A DNA stretch of 64,000 nucleotides from Bacteroidota bacterium (GCA_039820925.1 JBCBPD010000002.1:21887-85886), one strand, 5' to 3'; counted from the first letter of the stretch, positions 48,328 through 58,384 are shown. Numbers and translations are program-made. Notes: generated by a model not told the origin, from the letters alone.

Positions 48328-48696
48328 ATGGATTTTGACAACAGCAAGCCCATCTACCTGCAAATCGTGGATTTTTTCTATGAAAAAATTCTGGAAGAAG
48401 AATGGAAACCCAATGAACGGATTCCTTCGGTTAGGGAAGTAGCGATGATGGTAGAAGTCAATCCCAATACGGCAATACGCGCTTTCACTCATTTACAGGA
48501 GTTGGAAGTAATTTATAACAAACGGGGTATTGGTTATTTCGTAGCGGAAAACGGGTTAGAAGCAGTTTTGCGCATTAAACGTAAGGCGTTTTTGGAACAA
48601 ACCTTACCCGATGTTTTCAAACAAATGAATCTTTTGAACATTTCATTGGAAGCCCTTGAAGAAGCTTATAAACGCATGAACGATGAAAAGAAGTAA
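48328..48696 (+). CDS. GntR family regulator, YtrA subfamily
   Basis: PIYLQIVD, RIPSVREVA, VNPNTAIRAF, KRGIGYFV; short C-terminal domain; ABC transporter context. Confidence 0.9.
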   Translation: MDFDNSKPIYLQIVDFFYEKILEEEWKPNERIPSVREVAMMVEVNPNTAIRAFTHLQELEVIYNKRGIGYFVAENGLEAVLRIKRKAFLEQTLPDVFKQMNLLNISLEALEEAYKRMNDEKK

Positions 48697-49240
48697 TCTC
48701 ATATTGATAGGGGCTCTTGGCGCCATTTTACTGTTCAGCATGGCTTTTCAGCTTACCGTGAACCGTTACGCGCATGTTATTGAAAAACGTCCTAAAACAG
48801 AAGAGTGGACTTTGGATACGCGAAATCCAGGCGCTTTTGCAAAAGTCAACTCCAATTCCGATATCACTTTGGTATACAAAAAGGACACCACATCCCTTCT
48901 TGAAATCAAATCCAATGGTATTCATTTGGATTCCATTATTACCAAGGTTGAACGGGAAGAATTGAAAATTGACATTTTGCAAGAACTGAAGCGCAAAGAC
49001 AGTATCGCAATTGTTATTACAGCCCCAACCCTGAATGGCATCACTTTGGGAGGAAAATCGCATTTCATAACCCAGGATACCTTAACTGGGACACAATTGA
49101 AACTTGAATTGAAGGAAAAAAGTGCCGCAAGTATCCTATTGGATTATAAGCACGTAGCCTATACCAACACTTCTTCTGGAACTGTTGAAATTAAAGGAAG
49201 TTTAAATCAAATCAACATCAACAATGTCGTAGAAAAGTAA
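48683..49240 (+). CDS. DUF2807/GIN-like domain protein with N-terminal membrane anchor
   Basis: N-terminal TM; repeated beta-rich segments (IVITAPTLNGITLGG). Confidence 0.6.
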   Translation: MKRSNLILIGALGAILLFSMAFQLTVNRYAHVIEKRPKTEEWTLDTRNPGAFAKVNSNSDITLVYKKDTTSLLEIKSNGIHLDSIITKVEREELKIDILQELKRKDSIAIVITAPTLNGITLGGKSHFITQDTLTGTQLKLELKEKSAASILLDYKHVAYTNTSSGTVEIKGSLNQININNVVEK

Positions 49241-49296
49241 TCAGCCAGTTTTATTCATCAATCAATCATCATTCATCAATCAAAAAACGAACAATT

Positions 49297-49983
49297 ATGC
49301 AATCGAACACCAAACTTGGGCGTATCGCTGGAATCCTGTTATTTACCCTCGTAGCCTTAGGCATAGCCGCCATGAATCTCAGAAACCTATTTGGTTCCTT
49401 AGCCTGGTCACCCGGCCTATTGGAACATATCTTTGAAAACCGACTGGAAATTCAAATTTCAATCTTTCTCGACCTTCTGGTTTGTGGCCTTTGGCTCGCA
49501 TTTGCCATTTTTATGTTTCCAATTATCAAATCCTTTCAAAAGCGTTTTGCGCAATGGTTCTTAAGTATCTGGATTTTGCATTTCGCTGTTGTCCTTTTTG
49601 GGCTTATTTCGGAACTCTCTCTGTTAACTTTGGCCGAGGCTTCTTCCCAACAAACCGAAGTCAATACCGAATTGATGATGGTGCTGGGAACTGTAAAGCT
49701 GGAGGAATATTTTTGGAGTCATTACCTAGCGATACTCCTTTTCAGCTCCGCCATGGTTCCATTGTATTACTTTTTCTACAGGACCAAACTTATCCCAAGA
49801 GTCCTCTCAGTATGGGGTATGGTTGCCATGTCAATTGTTTTTGTCGCCTGTCAGCTCGCATTTTTCAATTTCATTCTAGACTTCATCTTTTTTCTACAAA
49901 ACGGGATACATCTCTTGGTTTTAATCGGATGGTTAATTGCTAAAGGATTCAACACCGACCCTGAAATCGCTCCTTCCGCGTAG
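49297..49983 (+). CDS. DUF4386-like multi-pass membrane protein
   Basis: GRIAGILLF, YYFFYRTKLIPRVLSVWG, GWLIAKGFN. Confidence 0.7.
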   Translation: MQSNTKLGRIAGILLFTLVALGIAAMNLRNLFGSLAWSPGLLEHIFENRLEIQISIFLDLLVCGLWLAFAIFMFPIIKSFQKRFAQWFLSIWILHFAVVLFGLISELSLLTLAEASSQQTEVNTELMMVLGTVKLEEYFWSHYLAILLFSSAMVPLYYFFYRTKLIPRVLSVWGMVAMSIVFVACQLAFFNFILDFIFFLQNGIHLLVLIGWLIAKGFNTDPEIAPSA

Positions 49984-50021
49984 CTAAAACATTTTCATCA
50001 TCAATCCAAAAACGAATTTTC

Positions 50022-50459
50022 ATGAAATCACATCTCACCGCATTTTTCACCACCAACGGAAAAAGCATTTCCAAATTTCGAATATGGCTCATGCGATCCT
50101 TGTATGCCCTAACCTTTGTTGGGTTAGCCTTTCAAGCTTGGGAAACTTTGTTATATCCCGAGGAGCCTCTATCCTACTTGGATGGCGTAGCATTTAGCTT
50201 CTGGGCGGCCTATGCCACTTTAATGGGTGTGGGTGTATTTTTTCCTTTGCGCATGTTACCCCTAATTTTCTTGCAGCTCGCGTACAAGGCTATTTGGGCT
50301 ATCTGGGTGTATTTACCCATGGAAGCTGCCAATTTGGTGACTCCACAAGCCGCCTCTTTTTACAACATTTGCTTAACCACGGCAGTCTTAGATGTTTTGG
50401 TCATTCCTTGGTACTATGTCTTCAAAATGTCTCGCTCAAAAATTGTCAAAACAGAATAG
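50022..50459 (+). CDS. Hypothetical four-TM membrane protein
   Basis: LMRSLYAL, FWAAYATLMGVGVFFPLRMLPLIFLQLAYKAIW, LVIPWYY. Confidence 0.7.
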   Translation: MKSHLTAFFTTNGKSISKFRIWLMRSLYALTFVGLAFQAWETLLYPEEPLSYLDGVAFSFWAAYATLMGVGVFFPLRMLPLIFLQLAYKAIWAIWVYLPMEAANLVTPQAASFYNICLTTAVLDVLVIPWYYVFKMSRSKIVKTE

Positions 50460-50504
50460 TTCCTTCTAAGATTTAATATTCATCATCAATCAAAATTATT
50501 TGTC

Positions 50505-51335
50505 ATGCAAAACATTGCACAAACTCTGTCATCCCCAAATCAAAAGAGTCGACTTCCCAAAAAACTTTTGAACCTTTCTGCAAAAACATGGTTTTTGACC
50601 ACAGTTGTAGGCCAATGGCTCTTCGCTTTTTACGTCGCCGCTTTTTATGGAGGTTCGGCCATGAGTGGCGACTTCATGAAATGGAATCGGGTATTGCCCC
50701 ATGGGTATAGCGAAGGGGAAACTATGGGTAACCTCGCAGTAGCGCTGCATCTGCTGTTTTCGGTCATCGTGTTGTTGGGTGGCCCATTGCAGTTCAGCGC
50801 TAAACTGCGAGCGAAATTCCCAAAATTTCATCGCGTCAGTGGGCGGATTTACATTTTTTCTGGGATTCTCATAAGCCTTAGCGGAGTATATATGGTCTTT
50901 ACAAAGGGAACTGTCTCGGGTTGGTTGGGAGATGTAAGCATCTCTATCAATGCGTTTTTGGTTGTGATGTGTGCCTTTTTCACCATACGTCAAGCCAGGC
51001 AAAAACAATTTGCGTCACACCAACGCTGGGCCATGCGTTTGTTCTTGGTCATGTCGGGAGTCTGGTTTTTTAGGATAGGCCTAATGTTTTGGTTGCTAAT
51101 TAACGGAGGACCCGTAGGTTTTGACCCAGTAACCTTCCGCGGACCATTTCTAGTATTTTTAGGTTTTGGTCAATACATTTTGCCCTTGCTTTTCGCGGAA
51201 ATCTTTTTCTGGGCAACCCAACGAAAAAAAGCCAATACCTACTACTTAATGAGTGGGATATTGGCTATTCTGATTGCTTTCACCGCAATTGGAACCTTCG
51301 CGGCAACTTTAATGATGTGGCTTCCGCGATTATAA
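50505..51335 (+). CDS. DUF2306-like membrane protein
   Basis: LHLLFS, LRAKFPKFHRVSGRIY, HQRWAMRLF. Confidence 0.75.
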   Translation: MQNIAQTLSSPNQKSRLPKKLLNLSAKTWFLTTVVGQWLFAFYVAAFYGGSAMSGDFMKWNRVLPHGYSEGETMGNLAVALHLLFSVIVLLGGPLQFSAKLRAKFPKFHRVSGRIYIFSGILISLSGVYMVFTKGTVSGWLGDVSISINAFLVVMCAFFTIRQARQKQFASHQRWAMRLFLVMSGVWFFRIGLMFWLLINGGPVGFDPVTFRGPFLVFLGFGQYILPLLFAEIFFWATQRKKANTYYLMSGILAILIAFTAIGTFAATLMMWLPRL

Positions 51336-51344
51336 AAATGAAAC

Positions 51345-54197
51345 CTATTTGCTCAAGTACATTTTTCGCCTGGAGTACAGATTATAAAAATCATCATCCT
51401 TAAGGCTATCGATAAACAAGATGCTTTCACCCGTACTTTTCATTTCAGGTCCCAAATTCTTGTTCACATTCGGGAATTTACTGAAAGAGAATACCGGCTG
51501 TTTGATGGCATACCCGTCTAGCTGTGGGTTAAACTCAAAATCCTTGATTTTCTTTTCGCCCAACATCACTTTCGTAGCAAAGTTTACGTAAGGTTCTCCG
51601 TAGGCTTTCGCAATGAAAGGTACAGTACGAGAAGCTCTTGGGTTAGCTTCAATAATGTAAACCGTATCGTCTTTTACCGCGAACTGGATGTTAATGAGAC
51701 CCACGGTATTTAGGGCCAACGCAATTTTCTTAGTGTGGTCCTTGATTTGCTGCATTACGAACTCACCCAGGTTAAAGGGTGGCAAGGTAGCATTGGAATC
51801 TCCGGAGTGGATACCGCAAGGTTCAATATGCTCCATGATTCCGATAATGCGAACTTCTTCACCATCACAAATGGCATCCGCCTCAGCTTCAATGGCGCCA
51901 TCCAAATAATGGTCCAAAAGTAGTTTGTTGTTTGGTATACTCCGAAGCAAGGCTACCACATGGGCTTCCAAATCCTCTTTGTTGATGACAATTTTCATCC
52001 CTTGTCCTCCTAACACGTAAGATGGTCTTACCAAAAGAGGGAAGCTTAACTCTTCCGCAAGTTGCAAGGCATCATCTGCAGTTTCAGCAACCCCAAATCT
52101 TGGATATGGGATGTCGTTCTCCTTCAACAGTGTAGAAAAACTACCTCGGTCTTCGGCCAAATCCAAGGATTTGAAGCTGGTACCAATAATATTGATGCCA
52201 TATTTGTCGAGTTTTTCAGCAAGTTTCAAAGCCGTTTGCCCACCGAGCTGAACGATTACCCCTTCAGGCTTTTCGTGTAGGATGATATCGTAAATATGCT
52301 CCCAAAACACTGGCTCAAAATAGAGTTTGTCCGCTGTATCAAAATCCGTGGAAACGGTTTCTGGATTACAATTAATCATGATGGTTTCATAACCACATTC
52401 GGCGGCAGCCAAAACTCCGTGCACACAACAGTAATCAAACTCAATTCCTTGACCAATTCGGTTAGGCCCAGAACCAAGTACCACAATCTTCTTTCTATCC
52501 GTTACCTCGCTATCGTTAGCTACGTAACGTGTGCCATCAGGTCGCTCGATTTCTTCTTCAAAGGTGGAATAGTAATACGGCGTAACCGCCTTAAATTCCG
52601 CAGCACAGGTATCCACCAATTTATATACACGATTGATACCAAGGTGGGTACGTTTTTTATGTACCTCGCTTTCGTAACAATCCAACATGTGTGCAATCTG
52701 TCGGTCAGCAAACCCTTTCTGCTTGGCTTCCAACAACAATGCCTTGGGAAGACTCTCAATCGTATATTTTGAGATTTCTTTTTCGAGATAATGCAGTTCT
52801 TCGTATTGCTTCAAGAACCATATGTCGATTTTGGTAATCTCATGAATGGTTTTTAAAGGAATCCCCAACTGAATGGCATCATACAACACAAAAACCCTAT
52901 CCCAACTGGCTACTTTCAGTTTTTGGATAATGGTATCGTAGTCTTTGTAGCCTTTTCCGTCAGCACCTAATCCATTACGTTTAATTTCAAGGGATTGTGT
53001 CGCTTTATGCAGGGCTTCTTGGAACGAACGTCCAATACCCATCACCTCGCCCACGGATTTCATTTGAAGTCCCAAAGAGCGGTCAGAACCTTCGAATTTA
53101 TCAAAGTTCCAACGCGGGATTTTTACGATAACGTAATCCAAAGTAGGCTCAAAGAGTGCTGAAGTGGATTTGGTGATTTGGTTACCCAATTCATCCAAAG
53201 TATACCCAATCGCCAACTTGGCGGCAATTTTCGCAATAGGGTACCCAGTTGCTTTAGAAGCCAATGCCGAAGAACGTGAAACGCGAGGATTGATTTCAAT
53301 CGCGATGATATCTTCCGCTTCATCTGGACTTACCGCAAATTGAACATTACAACCACCAGCAAAATCCCCAATACTGCGCATCATATGAATGGCCATATCA
53401 CGCATGCGTTGGAAAGTTCTATCCGATAATGTCATCGCGGGGGCCACTGTGATGGAATCCCCAGTGTGAATCCCCATCGGGTCCATATTTTCAATGGTAC
53501 AAATGATGACAACGTTGTCATTCTTATCCCGTAATAACTCCAGTTCGTACTCCTTCCATCCCATCAAGGCCTTGTCAATCATCACCTCGTGAATGGGCGA
53601 TATTTCCAAAGCACGGCTCAATAATCCGTCGAAATCATTTGGGTCATAAACGATGGAGGCTCCTGCCCCACCCAAGGTGAACGAGGCACGAATCACCAAA
53701 GGAAAACCAAACTCTTGCGCGATTTCTTTTCCCTTTAAAAAGGAAGTAGCCGAGGCCTGTGGTGGCATTCCGATACCAATTTTCAACATTAACTCACGGA
53801 ATTTCTCCCGGTCTTCCGTAATGTTGATGGCATCAATATCCACCCCAATGATTTCTACATTAAAATCTTCCCAAATTCCTTTTTCATCCGCTTCGATACA
53901 AAGGTTCAAAGCAGTTTGCCCTCCCATTGTGGGCAACACCGCATCAATATTGGGGTGATTTTTAAGAATTTCTATAATAGACCTTGTATTCAGGGGCTTT
54001 AGGTACACATGATCCGCCATGGAAGGGTCGGTCATGATGGTGGCAGGGTTGCTATTGATAAGGATGGTTTCGATTCCATCCTCGCGCAAGGACCGTAGTG
54101 CTTGACTTCCTGAATAATCAAATTCACAGGCCTGACCAATGATAATTGGACCAGAACCGATAATCAAAATGGACTTAAGGTCTTTTCTTTTTGGCAT
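51345..54197 (-). CDS. carB: Carbamoyl-phosphate synthase large subunit (950 aa)
   Basis: IGSGPIIIGQACEFDYSG, INSNPATIMTD, GIHTGDS, EINPRVSRSSALASKATG, GPEMKSTGE. Confidence 0.97.
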   Translation of the reverse strand: MPKRKDLKSILIIGSGPIIIGQACEFDYSGSQALRSLREDGIETILINSNPATIMTDPSMADHVYLKPLNTRSIIEILKNHPNIDAVLPTMGGQTALNLCIEADEKGIWEDFNVEIIGVDIDAINITEDREKFRELMLKIGIGMPPQASATSFLKGKEIAQEFGFPLVIRASFTLGGAGASIVYDPNDFDGLLSRALEISPIHEVMIDKALMGWKEYELELLRDKNDNVVIICTIENMDPMGIHTGDSITVAPAMTLSDRTFQRMRDMAIHMMRSIGDFAGGCNVQFAVSPDEAEDIIAIEINPRVSRSSALASKATGYPIAKIAAKLAIGYTLDELGNQITKSTSALFEPTLDYVIVKIPRWNFDKFEGSDRSLGLQMKSVGEVMGIGRSFQEALHKATQSLEIKRNGLGADGKGYKDYDTIIQKLKVASWDRVFVLYDAIQLGIPLKTIHEITKIDIWFLKQYEELHYLEKEISKYTIESLPKALLLEAKQKGFADRQIAHMLDCYESEVHKKRTHLGINRVYKLVDTCAAEFKAVTPYYYSTFEEEIERPDGTRYVANDSEVTDRKKIVVLGSGPNRIGQGIEFDYCCVHGVLAAAECGYETIMINCNPETVSTDFDTADKLYFEPVFWEHIYDIILHEKPEGVIVQLGGQTALKLAEKLDKYGINIIGTSFKSLDLAEDRGSFSTLLKENDIPYPRFGVAETADDALQLAEELSFPLLVRPSYVLGGQGMKIVINKEDLEAHVVALLRSIPNNKLLLDHYLDGAIEAEADAICDGEEVRIIGIMEHIEPCGIHSGDSNATLPPFNLGEFVMQQIKDHTKKIALALNTVGLINIQFAVKDDTVYIIEANPRASRTVPFIAKAYGEPYVNFATKVMLGEKKIKDFEFNPQLDGYAIKQPVFSFSKFPNVNKNLGPEMKSTGESILFIDSLKDDDFYNLYSRRKMYLSK

Positions 54198-54236
54198 TCT
54201 TTTTCGTTCGTTTTATTCCAGCGTTAAAATTAGGTC

Positions 54237-54273
54237 AAAAAAAAGGTGCTAAACTTGAAAAGCAGCACCTTTT
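54237..54273 (-). terminator. Terminator after rpmH
   Basis: AAAAGGTGCT...AGCACCTTTT inverted repeat with an 8-nt A tract (U tract on the minus strand). Confidence 0.7.
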
Positions 54274-54297
54274 AATTTAAAAGTTATTGACAGCACA

Positions 54298-54456
54298 CTA
54301 TTTTTTGTGTCGTGGTTCAGATGAAACAGTTAATTTCTTTCTTCCTTTCGCTCTTCTGCGCGCAAGCACCTTTCTACCATTAGCCGAAGCCATGCGCTCT
54401 CTAAATCCATGCTTGTTTCTTCTCTTTCGCTTCGACGGTTGATATGTTCTTTTCAT
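54298..54456 (-). CDS. rpmH: 50S ribosomal protein L34 (52 aa; absent from ORF track)
   Basis: Hand translation: [60 protein letters not shown] promoter at 54504-54511. Confidence 0.97.
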   Translation of the reverse strand: MKRTYQPSKRKRRNKHGFRERMASANGRKVLARRRAKGRKKLTVSSEPRHKK

Positions 54457-54585
54457 CGTAAAGGAATATTAAGATTTGGAATTGGCTCCAAATTTTCTGG
54501 GCGCAAATATACGAAGAGTTTTTACTTCGACAAATGGTTTGTAAAAAATGTTTATGTTAGATTTGCTCCAGCAAAGCACAGCGGA

Positions 54586-55485
54586 ATGCACTCACCTACT
54601 CGTTTCAGAAAAACCATCCTTTTAACACTGATTTTAGCCGCACCTTTCGTATTGACGGGTCAACAGAAAATAGGCTATAATTTAAAGGTAAACGATAGCT
54701 TCAAGATTCTACAAAAAGCGGAACAACTTATTACCCAGGAGTTGGAAGGCAGTAAACACGAAATTACCAATGATTTGGAAGCCGTCTTTACGTTTACCGT
54801 GGTAGGTAAAACTGCGGATGGTTTCGATATCAAACTCGTGTTCAAGGATTTTGGGATGAAAAGTACTTCCAACCTGCAAGGCACATTGGTGAATGTAAAA
54901 GCATCTGAACCCGTTGAAGGCGATATGATGTCACAAATGTTCAAAGGACTGATTGACTACGAGTTGAATCTGACCTTATTGGAAAATGGCAAAATTGAAA
55001 ATGTTGAAGGGGGTGCTGCTTTGATTGACAATATGATTCAATCTGCCGGCATAGAAGATGACTTCACCAAAAACCTAATGCGCAAATCTTTAGATAAAGA
55101 ATTCAGTTCGGGTGGACTGGCCAAAAGCTTTGAACAAATGACTTTCTTTTACCCCGATGTAGCCGTGGATAAAGGTTCCACATGGGAGAATACCTTCTCT
55201 GGAAAGCTCAAAGCGGAAAATACGTGGCAGTTGGATGAGGTGACTTCGGATTCACTAACCATAACAGGTAAAGGAAACATATCCGTAGACACTAATGAGA
55301 GCGGCACCGTAATGGCTTTAGCAGGTGACCATGCGTATACAATTGTGACGAATACTGAAAATGGATTCATCAGTTCCATTGAAACCACAAGTTTTGCCGC
55401 AGGGCATTCCAAAATGGCACAGTTGGGTGATGTGGAAATCCCAACATCCATCAAATCAACCGTTACCTACGAATTAATACAGTAA
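54586..55485 (+). CDS. DUF6263-like secreted protein
   Basis: Start set to ATG 54586 because the upstream part overlaps rpmH; signal peptide; FFYPDVAVDKGSTWEN. Confidence 0.6.
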   Translation: MHSPTRFRKTILLTLILAAPFVLTGQQKIGYNLKVNDSFKILQKAEQLITQELEGSKHEITNDLEAVFTFTVVGKTADGFDIKLVFKDFGMKSTSNLQGTLVNVKASEPVEGDMMSQMFKGLIDYELNLTLLENGKIENVEGGAALIDNMIQSAGIEDDFTKNLMRKSLDKEFSSGGLAKSFEQMTFFYPDVAVDKGSTWENTFSGKLKAENTWQLDEVTSDSLTITGKGNISVDTNESGTVMALAGDHAYTIVTNTENGFISSIETTSFAAGHSKMAQLGDVEIPTSIKSTVTYELIQ

Positions 55486-55488
55486 TAC

Positions 55489-56004
55489 ATGTTCAATAAG
55501 AATATCAAATTGGTTTTGGCAGCTTTGATAATTGGCTATGCGGTATACCAATTTATTGAAGGATATATTGGCAACGGAATTGCCTTAATTTTTCTATCCC
55601 TAATATTCATCTTTTTATATTTCCGGAATGAGATTATTCTTCTCGCCTTTTTGCGCATGCGCAAACAAGATATGGATGGTACCCAAAGATGGTTGGAGAA
55701 AATCAAAAATCCTGAAGCTTCGTTGATAAAAAAACAACAAGGGTATTACAACTACCTTCATGGTATCATTTATTCCCAAAAGAACCTAACGCAAGCCGAA
55801 AAGTATTTTAAAAAAGCGTTGAACCTTGGTTTGACCATGGATTATGACGTGGCTATGGCCAAATTAAGCCTTGCGGGCATTTCCATGCAAAAACGAAGAA
55901 AACGTGAAGCCACCAAATTGCTTCAAGAGGCCAAAAAACTGGACAAAAACAATATGCTGACCGAGCAAATCAAGATGATGCAGCAGCAGATGAAGAAAAT
56001 CTAG
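55489..56004 (+). CDS. Conserved membrane-anchored TPR-like protein
   Basis: Two N-terminal TM segments; GYYNYLHG...AEKYFKKALNLG...AKLSLAG helical repeats. Confidence 0.7.
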   Translation: MFNKNIKLVLAALIIGYAVYQFIEGYIGNGIALIFLSLIFIFLYFRNEIILLAFLRMRKQDMDGTQRWLEKIKNPEASLIKKQQGYYNYLHGIIYSQKNLTQAEKYFKKALNLGLTMDYDVAMAKLSLAGISMQKRRKREATKLLQEAKKLDKNNMLTEQIKMMQQQMKKI

Positions 56005-56246
56005 CGGTTGTATAAATTTCGATGGACGAGTACCTAATTTCTCTCAAATCAAATTGGTTTTTACATTCGGGTTTGATTCCTCTACATTTTAGGTAGTATC
56101 TAGGGAATAAAGTCCAGAAATAAGATTAACGGCCCTAGCTATCAATTCAAACCCTTACTTCGTTAATTTACTTGTATTTTTTTGATTCACAAGGGTAATC
56201 TTTGTTCCATTCAAGCTTTCAGTCAACTGATGAAAAAGATAACACT

Positions 56247-57413
56247 ATGAAAAGCATCCTTTTTTCAGGTTTTTGGTTATGTGGTGTCCTCGCCCTTCAA
56301 GCCCAAAACCTGATTTCCAAACCGGGCTATTTTAAAACAGAGTTGGACAGCCTACTGGAAACGCAAATAGTAGCCAGTTTGGACTCCCTGTTTCACGATA
56401 TGTCGGACTTTAAATTGAGTACAGAATATTTAAAGGAGGAAGAAAGTGAGTTGACCACTGCCATTTTAAATCGATATTTTATTTCTCCAATCCGTAGAAA
56501 AAGAACTTTTTTTAAAGACTACTCCTGTGAACTCATTAATCTATACAAGACAGAAGAAAGCAAATACTTCCTTACCGTAGTAGTTACGAAAATAGAATCC
56601 AGGGAAGTCCATCACATCATAGATTTGTTGGCAACACCAACAAAGGAAAAAATCTTTTTTTCCACTCCTATAAAACACCATACTCGATTTTGGAAAAATC
56701 ACATAGTGGGAAACGTCACCTACCATTTTAGAGATACCATAAACTTATCAAACGCTAAGGAATTCGACCGAAAGAACACTTTGATATCCCAAAAGCTGGG
56801 ATTGACACCAGATAGTTTCGATTTCTATATGTGTTATAATGAACAAGAGGTGCTAAACCTTCTTGGTATTCGGTTTCTTTCCAACAGAGTGGGTTTAACC
56901 CGTAACGGTTTTGGAGTATACACAAAAACCATATGTGCCATTGAGAATCACGAAGACTTCTCACATGATGTGTTTCATTATTACTCGGGAAAAATAAATC
57001 AACCACAAGATAGAAACTGGATTACCGAAGAAGGTGTAGCATATCTATGGGGAAATGCATATTACACTGACTCTGAAGGCGAGATGATTTCACATGCCCG
57101 GTTGGTGTCAGAATTAAACGCTTATTTGGATTCCAATCCCAATACGAACCTTTTTGAGCTCTTCGAAAGAAATACAAAAATCTTCTCTCGTATTGCCCCT
57201 GAAATCTCGGTACGTTCTACAATAGCCGGGGTTTTGGCCCATGAGATAGAAAGCAAAAAAGGAATGCAAGGTGTTTTAGCATTAATAAATGCTGGAAGTA
57301 AAAATAGATTGGAAAACTTCTTAATAGCGACTAACCAAATTGTTGGTATAAACCGACGTAACTTTAATGCTCGCGTGAAAAAACTGCTCAAAAACTATCC
57401 CGTAGTGGAATAA
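56247..57413 (+). CDS. Hypothetical secreted protein with degenerate gluzincin-like motif
   Basis: Signal peptide MKSILFSGFWLCGVLALQAQ; HEDFSHDVFHYY...EEGVAYLWG. Confidence 0.6.
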   Translation: MKSILFSGFWLCGVLALQAQNLISKPGYFKTELDSLLETQIVASLDSLFHDMSDFKLSTEYLKEEESELTTAILNRYFISPIRRKRTFFKDYSCELINLYKTEESKYFLTVVVTKIESREVHHIIDLLATPTKEKIFFSTPIKHHTRFWKNHIVGNVTYHFRDTINLSNAKEFDRKNTLISQKLGLTPDSFDFYMCYNEQEVLNLLGIRFLSNRVGLTRNGFGVYTKTICAIENHEDFSHDVFHYYSGKINQPQDRNWITEEGVAYLWGNAYYTDSEGEMISHARLVSELNAYLDSNPNTNLFELFERNTKIFSRIAPEISVRSTIAGVLAHEIESKKGMQGVLALINAGSKNRLENFLIATNQIVGINRRNFNARVKKLLKNYPVVE

Positions 57414-57424
57414 AAGAGAAAATC

Positions 57425-58384
57425 TTATTTCCCTTCGGTAGTTTCTTTATAATACCCCTTGTTCGGAATTTCAATAGTGTACTTCTTTCGCGAAGCATTA
57501 TTCAAATGTGGCTCTCGCAACCAAGGATTGTGTCTTTTCAAAATCTTATAATTGATTTCATACAGCTTTGCAAAGTCAGCCCAGCTGGTTACCGCTGTAT
57601 CTACTTCTACAGTGAAGGTAGGAACGCTGTCATACAAATCATCATTTTCTACCTCGAAGCCATACTTGGCAGGGTTCGACAGAATTTCTTTGATAGCCAA
57701 AATTCGGAAAACATAGCGTTTGGTCTCTTCACCCAACAACAAATCATAGTAATCATCTACTTTTTGGATGCGCATATACTTCTGAATCCCGCCGGGTCCA
57801 GCATTGTATGCCGCAGCAGTTAAAGTCCATGTACCAAAACGTTTTTTCCAACGATTCAAATATTCACAAGCCGCTTGGGTGGATTTTTGGATATGGTAAC
57901 GTTCATCTACATTAGCATTGACTTCCAATCCATATTCCTTTCCGGTACCTTTCATAAAATGCCACATTCCCGCCGCACCTGCGGGCGAAGCAATATCAAT
58001 CAGAGCACTTTCTGCCACTGCTAGATATTTGAAATCATCTGGAATACCATTTTTCGCCAAAATGGGTTCAATGATAGGGAAATATCTGTGGGCCCGCTTC
58101 ATAAGCAGCAAGGCGTTGGATTGCCAATAGGTGTTTACCAAGAATTCCCGGTCTATGCGTTCCATAATATCCTGGTCATCCATAGGTACAGGCTCCCCCG
58201 CAAAATTCAAATCCTTCGGGATTTCAATAGCACTGATTTGATAGCCATCCGCCACATTTTTTTCAGGGTTGACCACTTGGGTCAAAGCTTCTTTTTGTTC
58301 TGGAGAAGATTGCACCGCAAAAATCAGAGTGCCTACTACCACTAATGCACCAATGACTGCCAAGACATTTTTCAGATATTTCAT
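57425..58384 (-). CDS. Lytic transglycosylase (SLT/MltD-like)
   Basis: YLAVAESAL, SPAGAAGMWHFM, AAAYNAGPG, ETKRYVFRI. Start ATG 58384. Confidence 0.9.
   Translation of the reverse strand: MKYLKNVLAVIGALVVVGTLIFAVQSSPEQKEALTQVVNPEKNVADGYQISAIEIPKDLNFAGEPVPMDDQDIMERIDREFLVNTYWQSNALLLMKRAHRYFPIIEPILAKNGIPDDFKYLAVAESALIDIASPAGAAGMWHFMKGTGKEYGLEVNANVDERYHIQKSTQAACEYLNRWKKRFGTWTLTAAAYNAGPGGIQKYMRIQKVDDYYDLLLGEETKRYVFRILAIKEILSNPAKYGFEVENDDLYDSVPTFTVEVDTAVTSWADFAKLYEINYKILKRHNPWLREPHLNNASRKKYTIEIPNKGYYKETTEGK

Noticed and set aside
54409-54585. N-terminal extension of the 358-aa ORF in the track
   Set aside because: It overlaps rpmH and its promoter on the opposite strand; ATG 54586 gives a plausible signal peptide.
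56005-56246. Long AT-rich intergenic region as possible ncRNA or gene remnant
   Set aside because: Only a 24-aa ORF and no convincing hairpin, terminator or recognisable homology.
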